From a virus, in the IMG/VR virus record IMGVR_UViG_3300048588_001019, positions 1-64,000 of that record: a stretch of 64,000 nucleotides of DNA; one strand, written 5' to 3'. Numbering within the stretch: position 1 is the stretch's first letter; every line of letters starts with the position of its first letter. Positions 40,764 to 52,123 of the stretch are shown one piece after another. Under the pieces are notes generated by a model that had not been told where the DNA came from, made no database searches, and saw nothing but the letters and a program-made list of their open reading frames with translations. A program made the position numbers and the translations under genes.

Positions 40764-41164
40764 AGTGTTGGTCTTACTCCTAGTTGTTAGGAGCTGACCG
40801 AAGTGTATGGTCTAAACAGGGGCTACTACAAGCCTTATCATCATAATGGAATTTTTCAGCGGCTGAGGGGCAGCAAACATTTGCGGTTTCTCTATCTGCT
40901 CAAAGACAAAAAGACGACGTTAGCACGCTGGCAATTCAGCGAGCAGGTAGAGGGCGTGGTCGATGAATACTTCGAAAAATACTCTGCAATGGAAGTGGAA
41001 TTAGTCGCGGACCGCAAAGCTTATTCTAAATGGGAGAGGATATAAACGACGGTAGTTCTAACTGAGAAACGAAAGGTTAATCAAGAAGATTAGGCCACAC
41101 ATCTAACCCTGGAATGTAAGACGTGTGGCACTCTGAATTCAAATTTCCGAACTTAGAATGACTT

Positions 41165-41356
41165 CTAGTCGATTTTATCGACAGAATTCATTGATTCGGG
41201 ACGCATCGGAGTAGATGAATTGATTCGCATATTAGTGTGTGGACGTTCAGGATCAGTTTTTCCAATTCCTTTAGGGGCGCGAAAATACCATATAATAAAG
41301 AGTACAACGCTTAGAATCACACCCAATCCAATTAATATCTGATAAATATCTGACAT
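41165..41356 (-). CDS. Small single-TM protein, putative immunity to the Rhs tip
   Basis: Directly downstream of the Rhs gene. Confidence 0.55.
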   Translation of the reverse strand: MSDIYQILIGLGVILSVVLFIIWYFRAPKGIGKTDPERPHTNMRINSSTPMRPESMNSVDKID

Positions 41357-44300
41357 ACTCTTAGCTCCCTAACAGATCTTTGAAGTTAAGTATTCGGAAC
41401 AGGCCCTGGTATGGGAATTCTTGGCGTGGAGGGCGGTACAACGCTTGGACTCGGAATTAAAATCGGCCCTCTCGGATAACCATAATATTTTTCGTCTACA
41501 GGTTCGCCTGGATTTGTCAAAACGGGTACTTTAGGGCCATATGTAGGCTGTGCGTTGCGAATATTTTCAATGGCTTGATCCAGTTCAGTTTTAGTCTTGA
41601 TTTGTTTCATAACGTCTTTGACGGCTTCCCCCATGGGTCCATAATTGGGCGAATATCGAGGAACAGGGGGTAATGGACGTGCAGACGGCACCATCGGAAT
41701 ACATTGCATCCCATCCGGATCTATTTTGTTAATTGGGTCATTGTCCGCATACACATAAAAATTGGAGCCTGCATCAAACCGAAGTGGGTCTTTGTTCAAC
41801 CATCTTCCTATTGAAGGGTCGTAGTCTCGTGCTCCGAACTTGATTAGACCAGTTTCTCCGTCATAAATTCCACCTGCAAATCCAAACGGTTGAAAACCGG
41901 GGTTGGAGTCACTCAAAACGTTACCCCACATATCATAAACAATCTTTTGAACAATCTCACCATTTTCTGAATTGATTACATATATAGGACTGCCGACATG
42001 ATCATGTATGATACGATAAGTTACATTATTTTTTATGATCAAGTCTGGACTATTGGTTTTTGTTCCGTAAACAAAGGTCGCGCTAACTGAACCGTCTTCT
42101 GCAAGTTGAGCCACTGGCCTAAGAGCATCTTGGTAGAGAAATGCATATGTGAAGATTCCATTGACTTTACGACTCAGCCTGTGATTTTCCGTGTCCGTAT
42201 CATATGCTACCGTACTCCCAGAGGAGTCAGTTACTGAAAGCAAATTTCCCACAGCATCGTAATTGTAGGAGATCTTTCTTCCACTTGGGTCAGTCTTTTC
42301 TTCGAGATTTCCATTCAAGTTGTATTTATAGACCCATTCGCTTGAGGATACTAAGCGATCGTGGCTGTCATATTGCTCTCCTTTCCCTTTTTGAAAGCGA
42401 TTTCCGTTCGCGTCGTAACTGTAGGATGCAATTAGAGTTCCGTTAGATCTTTCAGATATCAACTGGCCAATAGCGTCGTATCCAAACTTCTTGAGTTCAA
42501 CTCCATTTGGATCCGAGCTCTCTCTTGAGACTATATTTCCAAGAAGGTTGCGTGTATAGACCTGTTTATTTAGCTGAATGCCATTCGAGCTAGTCTCTTG
42601 AGAAATGAGCTCTCCGAAATTATTATAGGTCATAGCTGTTGTAACAACTCCAACCGAGCTGGAACTGATAAGGCCATTAATTTCGGATCTATTGATAGTC
42701 AAAGTATTTGCGCTAACAATTTCGTTTTCTGTATTGTAGGTATAGCTAACCGCTGGTTGCCCATTTACTGAGATCGAAGACAGAGTATAGTAAGGAGTCC
42801 ACGACAGGTTTACTTTTCCTTTCACGGGGCCATTCCACTCTCTTCCAGTAATTAGACTGCCGTCGTATTCATAACTCAAAAATTGTTCACCGGATTGAGC
42901 ATAAATCAATCTATCGGTGGCGATGTCATACTGAAAGGTTTGAGCGACTGACTTACCTTGCACTGAGTATAATTTCCCGACTGTTTGATCATATCCCATT
43001 ACAATGGCAGTGCCATCAGGTTGATTAATTCTGATAGGTTCATCGTCCAGCGAGTATTCCCAACTCCATGTAGGTCTGTCACTACCGAGCCGGGGCTCGA
43101 GAGATTGACTGAGGAGATTTTTCTGATCGAATGTAAAATCATAGGTCTTATCGATAGGGACAGAAACTTGGGTTCTATTACCGTTGTTATCGAATTGCAT
43201 CTTCACAACTTGACCATTCGCTAGAGTTTGCGAAGTGAGGCGACGATTAGCATCATATGCAAATTGTGTGGTTTGGCCCAAAGGGTTACTTAGAGATGTC
43301 AATAGGCCTGTACTATCGTAGGTTAATGTATAGGTCCGGGGTCCACGTGTAATCGATGTTAGTTGACCTCTCTCGTTATAGGTATTCAAAGTTGCTGCTA
43401 GCCCGCCTGAAGTTATTTTTGTTGGATCGCCTTTATTATTAAGTGCAATGGTTGTTTTTCTGCCACTTGGGCTGACAATCGTATACTGCATGTTTGCCTT
43501 CGAGAATCTCGTCCTGGTGATTCCAAGGCCCAGTTTGTTGAAAGTTTTATTGAAAACGATGAGGCTAAGAGGGTTTGTAGCATCCTCATAATTAGCTGCC
43601 TCAGAAATGGTTGTTTGCGCTGTCAGGCCTGAAGGAAGTCTTTCTATGATGTTACTTAAAAAAACTCTTTGGGGGAAAAGTGGACTGGATTTGTAATCCA
43701 TGCTTGTCTCTGTCCCATCCCTTGTTCTGGATATCTTTTGTTTGCCATTGATAGATGACCTTAGAATATTGCCGCGATCATTTTCGTGATTTCGCACGAT
43801 AGTGTCTGTTGTTCCATCGTGATTACTGACAGTTTGGAAGTAACGATTGCGGTTCAGTGGAGAGGTGACTCGTATTTCTTCCATATACGGGCTGGTATTG
43901 CTGAATGTTCTACTTGAAGTGCTTTCAACGAATTTTCTGATTAGTCCTTTCGCATCGGTAGTCTGGCTTAAAAGCCCCTGGCTGTCATAGGTATATACTT
44001 TGGTCGAATTGTTGGGGTATGTGTAGGTTAGCATCAGGCCCAGGCTTGGTCCTTCGCCATATGTAAACTTAGTGATGTTTCCGACAGGATCCTGTAGATC
44101 ATAGATATAGCCGTTCTCATTTATGTTGACTTTTGTTAGCTCACCGTGAGGACTTAGAATACCTGTCAGTTGCCCAGTCGCTGATCGCTGCAGAGTCGTA
44201 GTGTTGCCATATTTGTCTGTGATGCTAATAAGTCTGTTTAAATCGTCGTGTTCAAAGATTGTTGTAGCGATGTTGGATATTGCATCAAATGTCTTGAGGT

Positions 44301-45364
44301 GGAGCCCTCTTGGTGAGAACAAATAGATTTCAGTGGCGTCACTGGACGGAATGTAGATATTGCCTTCAGCGTCAGTTTTCCAAACTGGAGTTGTGTTGAG
44401 GTTTAGAAGCGGCATCCTTTGTCCAAAGCCCGTAAACACAAGGTTGCTTGCGCTGTCAAAGCTGTGATAGTGACTTATTGACCACCCTCCTAAATTGAAG
44501 CGGTCAGAGTAGGTACTATTGTTCATTACAAATCTAAATAGCTTGGCGATGGTTCCATTTCCGTCACCGCCAGGATTGAATTCCGTTTTTATTACAATCC
44601 GAGTTGTTCCTTGAACGGAGCCTTTCACAAGCTGACCTGCAGCATCAAGGCCGTCCCAAACGACCCTTTGTGAGACTGAGTCGCTCTCTTGTATGTAAGT
44701 CCTGTTTATCGGTATGCTTTTGGAATAGGTTCGGTCGCCAATTTTTGTAATAAAATTAACTTTCAGAATCTTGCCATAGTGGGGCTGCGGATAGAACTGT
44801 CTAATTGATTTTGTGACGATTCGGTCGGCATAGGAACCGCCGATTGTATTTCGTGAGGAGTAGGTGAGCGAGTACGGAGTACCGACGATTTCATAGCTCT
44901 GACTCACACTTCTATCTCTACATTCTATCTTTGATCCAGACACACTTGTGGGTAAGTCTGAGGTCCCGTCGCACGAGCCTCCTTTAGGCATTGGATCGCC
45001 TGGGCCAGAGCCACCACCCGAGCCGGAGTCATCGTCGCCGCTATCACCAACAGCTGGAGTATCTTCAAAACAGACGGGATCTGTTGGATGTTGCGGGCAA
45101 TAGTCTGTTCTAACTTGAGCTCTAAACTCTTCAAGAGGTGTACTCTCGTTGCCATCAGAGTAGCAGCTCTCCGATCCGCCGCCAGAAAATTTGCAGTACT
45201 GAAACCTATAGGTCGATCCGCACTCAAATGGCACCGATGATCGCGAATCATAGTTCTTAGACGCATCTGTTGCGCATGACCAAGTAGACCAAGTTGGGAT
45301 ACCTGTTCCGGATTCTTTGTATGTCCCGAGCATACCCCTGTTTTTCTTCCAGAAAGAAATTGAA

Positions 45365-46144
45365 TCAGCCTGCTAGACGTAATCCCTTTGTCTCTGCAAA
45401 TTTGCTTGGCGTCATTCCTCCCAGAGAGGTGTGAGGCCTTCTTTCGTTGTAATCGATCCGCCAGTCTTCGATGATGCCTCGGGCATCTTTCAGATTCGAA
45501 AACCAGTACATGTTCAGGCATTCATCCCGAAGGCGTCCATTAAAGCTCTCGATAAACGCGTTCTCGTTTTTCTCTCCAGGGCTTGCGAAGTGAAGCCTAA
45601 CTCCGTTGTCCAAAGCCCATTTTGTGAGAGCTTTGCTGATGAATTCCGGGCCCTGGTCAACGCCGATTTCCTCCGGCAATCCCCGTTCGGCTTTCAACTT
45701 CTCCAGGACGCGAACAACGCGATGCCCGGAAAGGGATGTATCAATTTCCATCGCTGGACACTCGCGCGACCATTCGTCGATGATCGTGAGAATCCTGAAC
45801 GACCGACCGCTTGCAAGATTGTCGTGCACGAAGTCCATCGACCAACGGGAATTGGCTTTGGTAAGCGGCGGCAGCGGGTTCTCGGGCTTATAAACCCGAC
45901 GCTTTGGCTTTCGCTTCTTGAGCTGCAACCCGTTTCCATAATATATGCGCTCGGTGCGCTTATGATTTTTGACAAGGCCTTCACTTCGCAGTACGAGGTG
46001 TACGCGGGGGCATCCGAATCGCGGACGCTCTTCGAGCAGATTCTTCATCCTATCAAGGATTTGGTGGTCCTCGGCCGGCTTTTTCTCATATCGAACGGTG
46101 GAACGGTCTGCGCCCACTATCTTACAGGCCCGACGCTGGCTCAT
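45365..46144 (-). CDS. IS407-like transposase OrfB
   Basis: WSMDFVHD, DQGPEF, NAFIESFNGRLRDECLN. Confidence 0.95.
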   Translation of the reverse strand: MSQRRACKIVGADRSTVRYEKKPAEDHQILDRMKNLLEERPRFGCPRVHLVLRSEGLVKNHKRTERIYYGNGLQLKKRKPKRRVYKPENPLPPLTKANSRWSMDFVHDNLASGRSFRILTIIDEWSRECPAMEIDTSLSGHRVVRVLEKLKAERGLPEEIGVDQGPEFISKALTKWALDNGVRLHFASPGEKNENAFIESFNGRLRDECLNMYWFSNLKDARGIIEDWRIDYNERRPHTSLGGMTPSKFAETKGLRLAG

Positions 46145-46194
46145 GCCGAAGGCTTCCTGGACAAGCTCAACGGCTTTGCGCTCCTCGTCAGGCC

Positions 46195-46461
46195 CTAGAA
46201 CTTTTTTTCGAGGAGAAACTTGATGGCTTGGATGTCAAGTGCCTGATCCGCCACGATTTGCTTCAATCGACGGTTTTCATCTTCCAGTGCCTTAAGCTTC
46301 TGGGCTTCTGAGACTTCCAGGCCTCCGTATTTGGCCTTCCACTTGTAAAAAGCCTGCTGGCTGATACCAAGGTCGCGGCAGATGTCCTGAACCTTCTCGC
46401 CCGCTTCCTGGCGCTTCAGAGCTTTGATAATTTGTTCTTCCGTGAAACGACTCTTCTTCAT
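46195..46461 (-). CDS. IS407-like transposase OrfA
   Basis: MKKSRFTEEQII..WKAKYGG; A7G slippery site at the 3' end. Confidence 0.95.
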   Translation of the reverse strand: MKKSRFTEEQIIKALKRQEAGEKVQDICRDLGISQQAFYKWKAKYGGLEVSEAQKLKALEDENRRLKQIVADQALDIQAIKFLLEKKF

Positions 46462-46907
46462 ACGAATCTCCCTGCTGTGCTCAGTGACACAGGAGATTCA
46501 ACTTATCAATGGAGGAATTTGACGGGGTACCCTCGGTCCGGCATGCACATCCTATACTCGGTAAAATGGTCTCCACCCAAATGTATTCAGGAGAAGTCAG
46601 GCGCAGGGGGGTGCTGAGTGATTCACTGTCGGAGTTAAGTGAATATTTTTCGTTGTCGGAATTCGTGCTTTCTGTGCGATTGAAGCAGCTAAAGTGGAGA
46701 ATCACAAAGAATCCTGGAAACCAAAACTTTTTAATAAACATATTGCCGCCTTTAAACCGTATATGAGGACGGTTCGGGCGAGAGTCTTTTCTGATAAACT
46801 TACAATTTCGTATTTATAAGGGGTACTGGGGAGTCCACTAAACAGGATGGCCTAAAGTCGGGTAATCATGAAATATTGGTTTTGTTCAGATCATAGCAAC
46901 CCTTGTC

Positions 46908-47305
46908 GGTAAAGGAATCTTAACTGCGAAATCCCAGCGTGGCGATGCCTCAGGCCTCCGCAGGAACTTCCCCACCGATAAGTCTCTCATTCCCCGGTCG
47001 ATGTTTCCAAATGCGTTGCGCGGCCGTAAGGATGTCTTCGCGTTAGACTTCTCGAAGAGCTCATGCTGGAAGTCTTATCCTCACAATGGGATCTTTCAGC
47101 GCGTGAGGGGCGGGCAGCAAGTTAGGATTCTTTTTCTGCTCAAGGATAAAAAGACGACGCCGACTCGCTGGCAATTCAGCGAGCGGGTGGAGAAGGTGGT
47201 CGATGAATACTTTGATCGCTACTACGATGACGATGAACTCGATAGTCCATTAAGGCCGTGAGAGCTAGGCGACCAATCTCAGATAGCAGTCCATAAAAAA
47301 GGGCC
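46908..47305 (+). pseudogene. 18-bp motif plus 3' half of the GpZ-like gene
   Basis: MFPNALRGRKDVFA...RYYDDDELD matches 12142-12385; downstream AAAAAAGGG retained. Confidence 0.9.
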
Positions 47306-47354
47306 CGCATCAAAAGCCGATTAAGCTATACACTCGGCCGATTCTGAGCCACAG

Positions 47355-47612
47355 GGATGTTGGCGACGTCGTTTATGATCCTTTCGCGGGATCCGGAGTG
47401 ATCTTTAGAGCTGCGTAGGTGACCGGACGGATTGCGCTGGGTTTCGAGATCGAGCCGCACTTTTGCGGAAGGATCATTGAGCGCCTGAAAGTGCAGTACA
47501 GCCTTAGAGCAAAAATTGTTGGAAGCGTGTTTGACTGCAAAAGCCTGCCTAGGGCCGGTAAAGAATTCTTAACCAACGAAAGGTCGTCGGGGCAGTGCCT
47601 CAAGCTTCCGGT
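47355..47612 (+). pseudogene. Methyltransferase 3' fragment followed by the 18-bp motif and CCTCAAGCTTCC
   Basis: GDVVYDPFAGSGVIFRAA*...GFEIEPHFC..IIER with an in-frame TAG. Confidence 0.9.
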
Positions 47613-48050
47613 AAGTTGAATTCAGGAGAGTGTCTCCTATGCGGTCTATCGTTAATCTCCAAAGTCACCCATCTGACTGGTCACGTTTATCTCGAAATTT
47701 TTCTTAACCCAAGGCATTAAATTGACCGTATACTGATACAATGGAAGTATTTCTGGAAGATAACATGCGCTTCGCCTGTTTAAGCAATTCTTGGCAGATG
47801 CAGATGCAGGTACAGCCGAAATCAAAACGGACTTCAGGTACGCACTTTGGGCCCGATCTGTTGTATTTAACAACTTCAGGAGGTTCGCAATCCTGTCGGT
47901 TAATGCTAGCTGCTTTTTCCGCCATACATTCGGTGAAAAATACGCGGATATCTACCTCCCGAGCATATCAGAAAGCCGAACCGTTCAGGTGACATTTGTT
48001 TGTTAGATAAACTCCGCGACTGAACTGAAACCTATTGAGTGGATGATGTG

Positions 48051-49931
48051 ATGAGCAAAGTATTTCTTCGCAATTTGCGCTTCTTCTTAATTCTAATTTG
48101 TGCAGTCAAGCCCTCACTGGGGTCTGCCTTCGCTGAGGCTCAGCCAATTCGTAACTTTCATATGGCAGAGATCAAAGATGAATCACTTTCTATCGAAGCC
48201 ATTATAAGGGAAAAGGACTCCCTGTCCTGGAACAAAGTCAGTGATACGGCTGCGAATTTTTATAGAGGGGACACACGAAATGTCGTCAGATTTAAGTTAC
48301 AACAACTCGAGTATGATGAGATTGTAATAAGGGTTTTTTATGCCCATATTCAAAACACTCAAGCTTTCGCGGTTGATGGAGATAATGCTCGAGAACTTAA
48401 AGCTCTCCCTGATAGATATGCAGCCTTTCTAGTTCCTCGGGAATACATAGGTAAGGACATTTTTGTTATTCAGAAATTTTCAGGGTTTTCCATGTTTGGG
48501 CCTAGGCCTATCTTTTTTATGGATCGATATGCGTACCAAATCGACGCTGAGATGGATCGAATGTATATAGGCATAGTGTTCGGTATTATCTTCATCATGA
48601 TCGTGTACAATATAGGAATGTTCCTATTATTTCGAAAAGTCTACTTGTTACTTTACATTCTCTACTGTTTATCGGCAGCGTTTCAGTTTTCGTTCACAAG
48701 TGGTTTGACGTTAAGAGGCTCTCTTGAGGTGGGTCTGTTTTATTACATAGCATCATTTTCAAGCGGATCTTTCGCTGTATTGTTCTCGATGCATGTCTTG
48801 AACATCAAGCGAGAATCAATCTCGCTGTACCGGATTGGACTTTTTGTTCTCACGATCTCTTTTATAAGCCTGATTGGTTCCCTATTGGGTCATCATTTTT
48901 TCGTCAAGTACTTCGTATCCCTCGCGTTTCCTGTTTTAGGATATTCCACTTTTCTTGCCGTTCGCGCAGCGTACAACGGCTATAGACCAGCATATGCCAT
49001 GCTTCTGGGTTGGTCCGGCCTTTGGCTGTCATTTGTTTTGGTCGCTATGCAGTTCTTAATATCAGGATTTCCAAATATGGGGTGGGGGCCACCTATCGCG
49101 ATTTCATTTGAAATCGCTACATTTTCTTTTGCAATGGGCCAGAAGCTGAGGATGAGCGAACTCAAATTCATGAAGGAAAATCAGCACGCTTTCGCAGAAA
49201 TGGCAAAGATGGTGTACTCACATCAACTGTCGGATATCAGGCTTGGAAAGCCTTTAGAAGAAACCATGCCGACCACCACATCTCAGGCTTGTGTTCTATC
49301 TTTTGATATTATTGGATCAAGCAAAATCCAGCACGTAAACGCCAAGATATTTTTCAGAAACACGTTTACTAAGTGCAATGAAATCATTTCTGAGGGCTAC
49401 GATGGCAAGAACCTAAGAGCCAATGCTTATCGCATTAAAGAAATGGGTGACGGTTTCTTGTGCTCTATTGGGTACCCTTTTCAAGCCATGAGCAATAATC
49501 TGGCCCATGATGCAGTTGATTTGGCTAAGAGATTCGCAAAGGTCCTCCATGAAGAGCAAAAAATGCTTCATACCGAAATTCCCACTACATGCGGGATTGG
49601 TATTGCACTGGACACAATCACGGGTTTTTATCCAGAAGCAGGAACCAAAGAATATGACCTTTATGGTCAGGCCATTGTCCTCGCTACTCGTTACGAAGGA
49701 ATGAGAAAGACGCTTTTTGAAGCGGATAAAGGTCGTTCGGTTCTTATTATTCAAGAAAAGGTTTTTCTAAGCCTGGATCCTTCGCATAGATGTGGATTTG
49801 CTTCAATTGATCTGAAAGAACTCGGAGTCGTCGTCAGAGACGATCCCGCAGCCACTAAGCTCTACTATCAATATCTGGATCAGGATTCGGTTGGCGAAGA
49901 GCGACCAGGAGGTCATTTAAAGGTTGTGTGA
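48051..49931 (+). CDS. 7TM-DISM receptor fused to a class III adenylate/guanylate cyclase
   Basis: GIVFGIIFIMIVYN...YLLY; SFDIIGSS; RIKEMGDG; YDLYG..LATRYE. Confidence 0.85.
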   Translation: MSKVFLRNLRFFLILICAVKPSLGSAFAEAQPIRNFHMAEIKDESLSIEAIIREKDSLSWNKVSDTAANFYRGDTRNVVRFKLQQLEYDEIVIRVFYAHIQNTQAFAVDGDNARELKALPDRYAAFLVPREYIGKDIFVIQKFSGFSMFGPRPIFFMDRYAYQIDAEMDRMYIGIVFGIIFIMIVYNIGMFLLFRKVYLLLYILYCLSAAFQFSFTSGLTLRGSLEVGLFYYIASFSSGSFAVLFSMHVLNIKRESISLYRIGLFVLTISFISLIGSLLGHHFFVKYFVSLAFPVLGYSTFLAVRAAYNGYRPAYAMLLGWSGLWLSFVLVAMQFLISGFPNMGWGPPIAISFEIATFSFAMGQKLRMSELKFMKENQHAFAEMAKMVYSHQLSDIRLGKPLEETMPTTTSQACVLSFDIIGSSKIQHVNAKIFFRNTFTKCNEIISEGYDGKNLRANAYRIKEMGDGFLCSIGYPFQAMSNNLAHDAVDLAKRFAKVLHEEQKMLHTEIPTTCGIGIALDTITGFYPEAGTKEYDLYGQAIVLATRYEGMRKTLFEADKGRSVLIIQEKVFLSLDPSHRCGFASIDLKELGVVVRDDPAATKLYYQYLDQDSVGEERPGGHLKVV

Positions 49932-50133
49932 TTATTACTTTGGCAATCCTCTGAGCGAGTAAGAGCCGAGTCACAGAGAAGATTAGCTGTTATCTGACGT
50001 CTAGTTCTGTTTCCGCAATTCTATCAACTATCTTTGTCTCTCAATATCGCGGGCTAGAGATCTCCGTAGTTAGAATGCGAGGAGTTGAAGGTCGGCGAAT
50101 TAATCGAACTAGGTGGATCAGGGAGGTCCTATA

Positions 50134-50373
50134 ATGAAACTAAACGAACTAAGGGCCAAGCTTGAAGCGGAGAATTTTCCTAACGATACTTTCAATCTCG
50201 ACGGTAACACACCGAAAAATAATGATGGAGTTTACGTTCTATCCAAAGTAGAGGATATATGGATCATACTGCTGATCGATAGGGGGAATCGCATAGAGAG
50301 ATTTTCAAGCTTTTCCGAGGAGGAGGCTTGTTCGGAGTTCTATAGGCTAATGAAGAGAGACATTGGCTTCTAA
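50134..50373 (+). CDS. Orphan immunity-like protein (type found after TNT NADase toxins)
   Basis: ELRAKLEAEN...YVL..W...DRG..F.SEEEAC; TAATG overlap with a remnant reading VGELIELG/WIREVL*. Confidence 0.55.
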   Translation: MKLNELRAKLEAENFPNDTFNLDGNTPKNNDGVYVLSKVEDIWIILLIDRGNRIERFSSFSEEEACSEFYRLMKRDIGF

Positions 50374-50772
50374 CCTGCAGCCTCCGGAGGTCGACGGTAT
50401 ATTTCCCGCGGCAAACCCTGAACTGTTGGCGGAAATTTTGTCGCGGCATGGGTTTATCTTAGCCGTGCAAACTGAAAGGATTAACAAGCGAGGGCGTGAG
50501 TTCTGAGAGGGATCGGTGGTTGATCGGATAATCCTCTGAGTCGATCGAAACCGAAATCCAGCCGAAAATATTTTGTCGATTGAAATCCTCATAGCATATA
50601 ATCCGGCCAAACTCGGATCGATAGTGCGGATGACCCTGGCCTTGGTCCACACGCGGTACCGACGTACTTCCATAAAATGTGCAGTCAGGTCGATTAACAA
50701 AGCCCATTTCCTCCGTTGCTGGGACGAAAGAGCGAGGAAAACATTGCATCGAAGTCCTGAATTAGATCACGC

Positions 50773-51159
50773 TCATAGTTTTAACCGGATCAGCTTGCCG
50801 TTCTTCATCTGATACCCGTCCTTTGCCAAGTACTCGTCCAGCTTTCTTGGGATATGCAGCATGGTGTTGGGAATCTTGCTGTGTACGAATTCCAGGGTTG
50901 GAATAATCGGGAGTATTGAATGGCGGTCGGTCCAGTTGATAGTGGCATAGGAGCGGCATAAGGCTTCATCGAGTGTTGAGATACCCGCAAGATCACACAT
51001 GACTTTGTATTTCACCCAGTCGTCAGTTACGAGGCGCGCGCCAAGCGCGAACAGATCGCGAGTTTCCTTGCTTAGCAACTCCCTTTTTGACGCATTTTCC
51101 ATTCCCTGCCCCATTAACCATTCATTTGTATGGTATGTGACGCGGTAGTGATTGGTCAA
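50773..51159 (-). CDS. Hypothetical protein
   Basis: 128-aa ORF, no recognised motif. Confidence 0.45.
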   Translation of the reverse strand: MTNHYRVTYHTNEWLMGQGMENASKRELLSKETRDLFALGARLVTDDWVKYKVMCDLAGISTLDEALCRSYATINWTDRHSILPIIPTLEFVHSKIPNTMLHIPRKLDEYLAKDGYQMKNGKLIRLKL

Positions 51160-51419
51160 GTGGTCGATTAAACGCGTTAAAGTGGTGTGGCAAAATGGAA
51201 AGGTCTTGAAGTGTCTCGCTCATTTTCAAAACTTGCTTCAGGTGAGCGTGGTCCTTCGCTGCGAAGAAGATTCTGCGGGTGCCAAGTCAGGTGTTCAGCC
51301 TCGCGCCCTGAACTCCGAACAGAAAAACAGTCGTCAGAGCCTTTTTGTTGTTCTTAGGCTCAATATTCTCGGGTCTTCCGACTCCTGCTCAGGCATTGTC
51401 TCGATCCAAGGAGGACCTT

Positions 51420-51569
51420 ATGGAAGACACAAAGACCCAACCAGTCGCAAATGAGAAGCAGGAGCAGCCTACCCAAGTTATCCATGCTTCCGATGGATGG
51501 ATTGCCGTTTTCAGAAAGAGCATTCAAGTTGGCTCTGGAGAGTTTCCTTGGAAGGTAAAGGAATCTTAA
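51420..51569 (+). CDS. MEDTKT small protein (second copy of repeat), ending in the 18-bp motif
   Basis: AAGGAGG RBS; homologous to 32648-32815. Confidence 0.5.
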   Translation: MEDTKTQPVANEKQEQPTQVIHASDGWIAVFRKSIQVGSGEFPWKVKES

Positions 51570-51611
51570 CCCCAAGCTGAGCCCCTAAGGCTTTGAAAGG
51601 TCCCAAGCCTG

Positions 51612-52044
51612 ATCGTCCACCCCTTGCAATGGCATGCGCGAGATCAGTTTTTTTCACGACCGATTCGAACGGCTTCCTTCAGAATCTCGACCTCTACAGT
51701 CTTGCGTTCAACGCACTTGATGCGATCCACAAGCTTCTTCATCTCGCTTTCTGGAACCCCACGCGCTCCTCGGATCATGCACCTGTCAAAGGTCCATTTT
51801 CCATAGCTCGCCTCCAACTGAATAGACGGTCGGGAGCCATACTATTGTGGGTAACCAGAGAAACCGACATTGCGTGCTGGTAAGTCTCGTCCACGATTGC
51901 CTTTTTCTCTTTAGGTGTCCATCGACGGCGACATTGGGGGCTGGTCAGAACCTCAACCCGGGATTTGTGTTAGCCATGCTGTTGGTTCTAATCCTGGTTG
52001 TTAGGAGCTGACCGAGTTATATGGGCTAAACGGAGGCTACTACA
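51612..52044 (-). mobile_element. Degenerate truncated IS2-like remnant (left end and orfA)
   Basis: Aligns with ~40384-40830, ends GGCTACTACA; deletions and stops. Confidence 0.9.
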
Positions 52045-52123
52045 ACAAATAGCAAAGAAAATTCTACAATACATAGACACTGGCAGTGGGATTTATTTGA
52101 ACGAACGTACCTGAATGCCTGCC

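Larger units (their letters stand above)
39522..40830 (-). mobile_element. IS3 family, IS2 group insertion sequence (1309 bp)
   Basis: Ends TGGAGTTGCCCC / GGGGCTACTACA; 5-bp duplication AGCCT at 39517-39521 and 40831-40835. Confidence 0.95.
39105..41045 (+). pseudogene. Full-length second allele of the GpZ-like gene, interrupted by the IS2-like element
   Basis: KNLSWKP|YHHNGIFQR rejoins in frame once the IS and one target duplication are removed. Confidence 0.9.
45327..46535 (-). mobile_element. IS3 family, IS407-like insertion sequence (1209 bp)
   Basis: Inverted ends CGAGCATACCCC / GGGGTACCCTCG; 4-bp duplication GTCC. Confidence 0.9.
41386..46741 (-). pseudogene. Teneurin-like YD/Rhs lipoprotein (1380 aa reconstituted) split by an IS3-family element
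   Basis: 46741-46536 (lipobox HFSC) joins 45322-41386 in frame; LGGWSISHYH, YD repeats, PFGFAGG, RDYDPSIGRW, DPINKIDPDG. Confidence 0.9.

Noticed and set aside
11800-47305. Diversity-generating retroelement (template/variable repeats)
   Set aside because: No reverse transcriptase in the window; differences between copies involve all bases and indels, not only adenines
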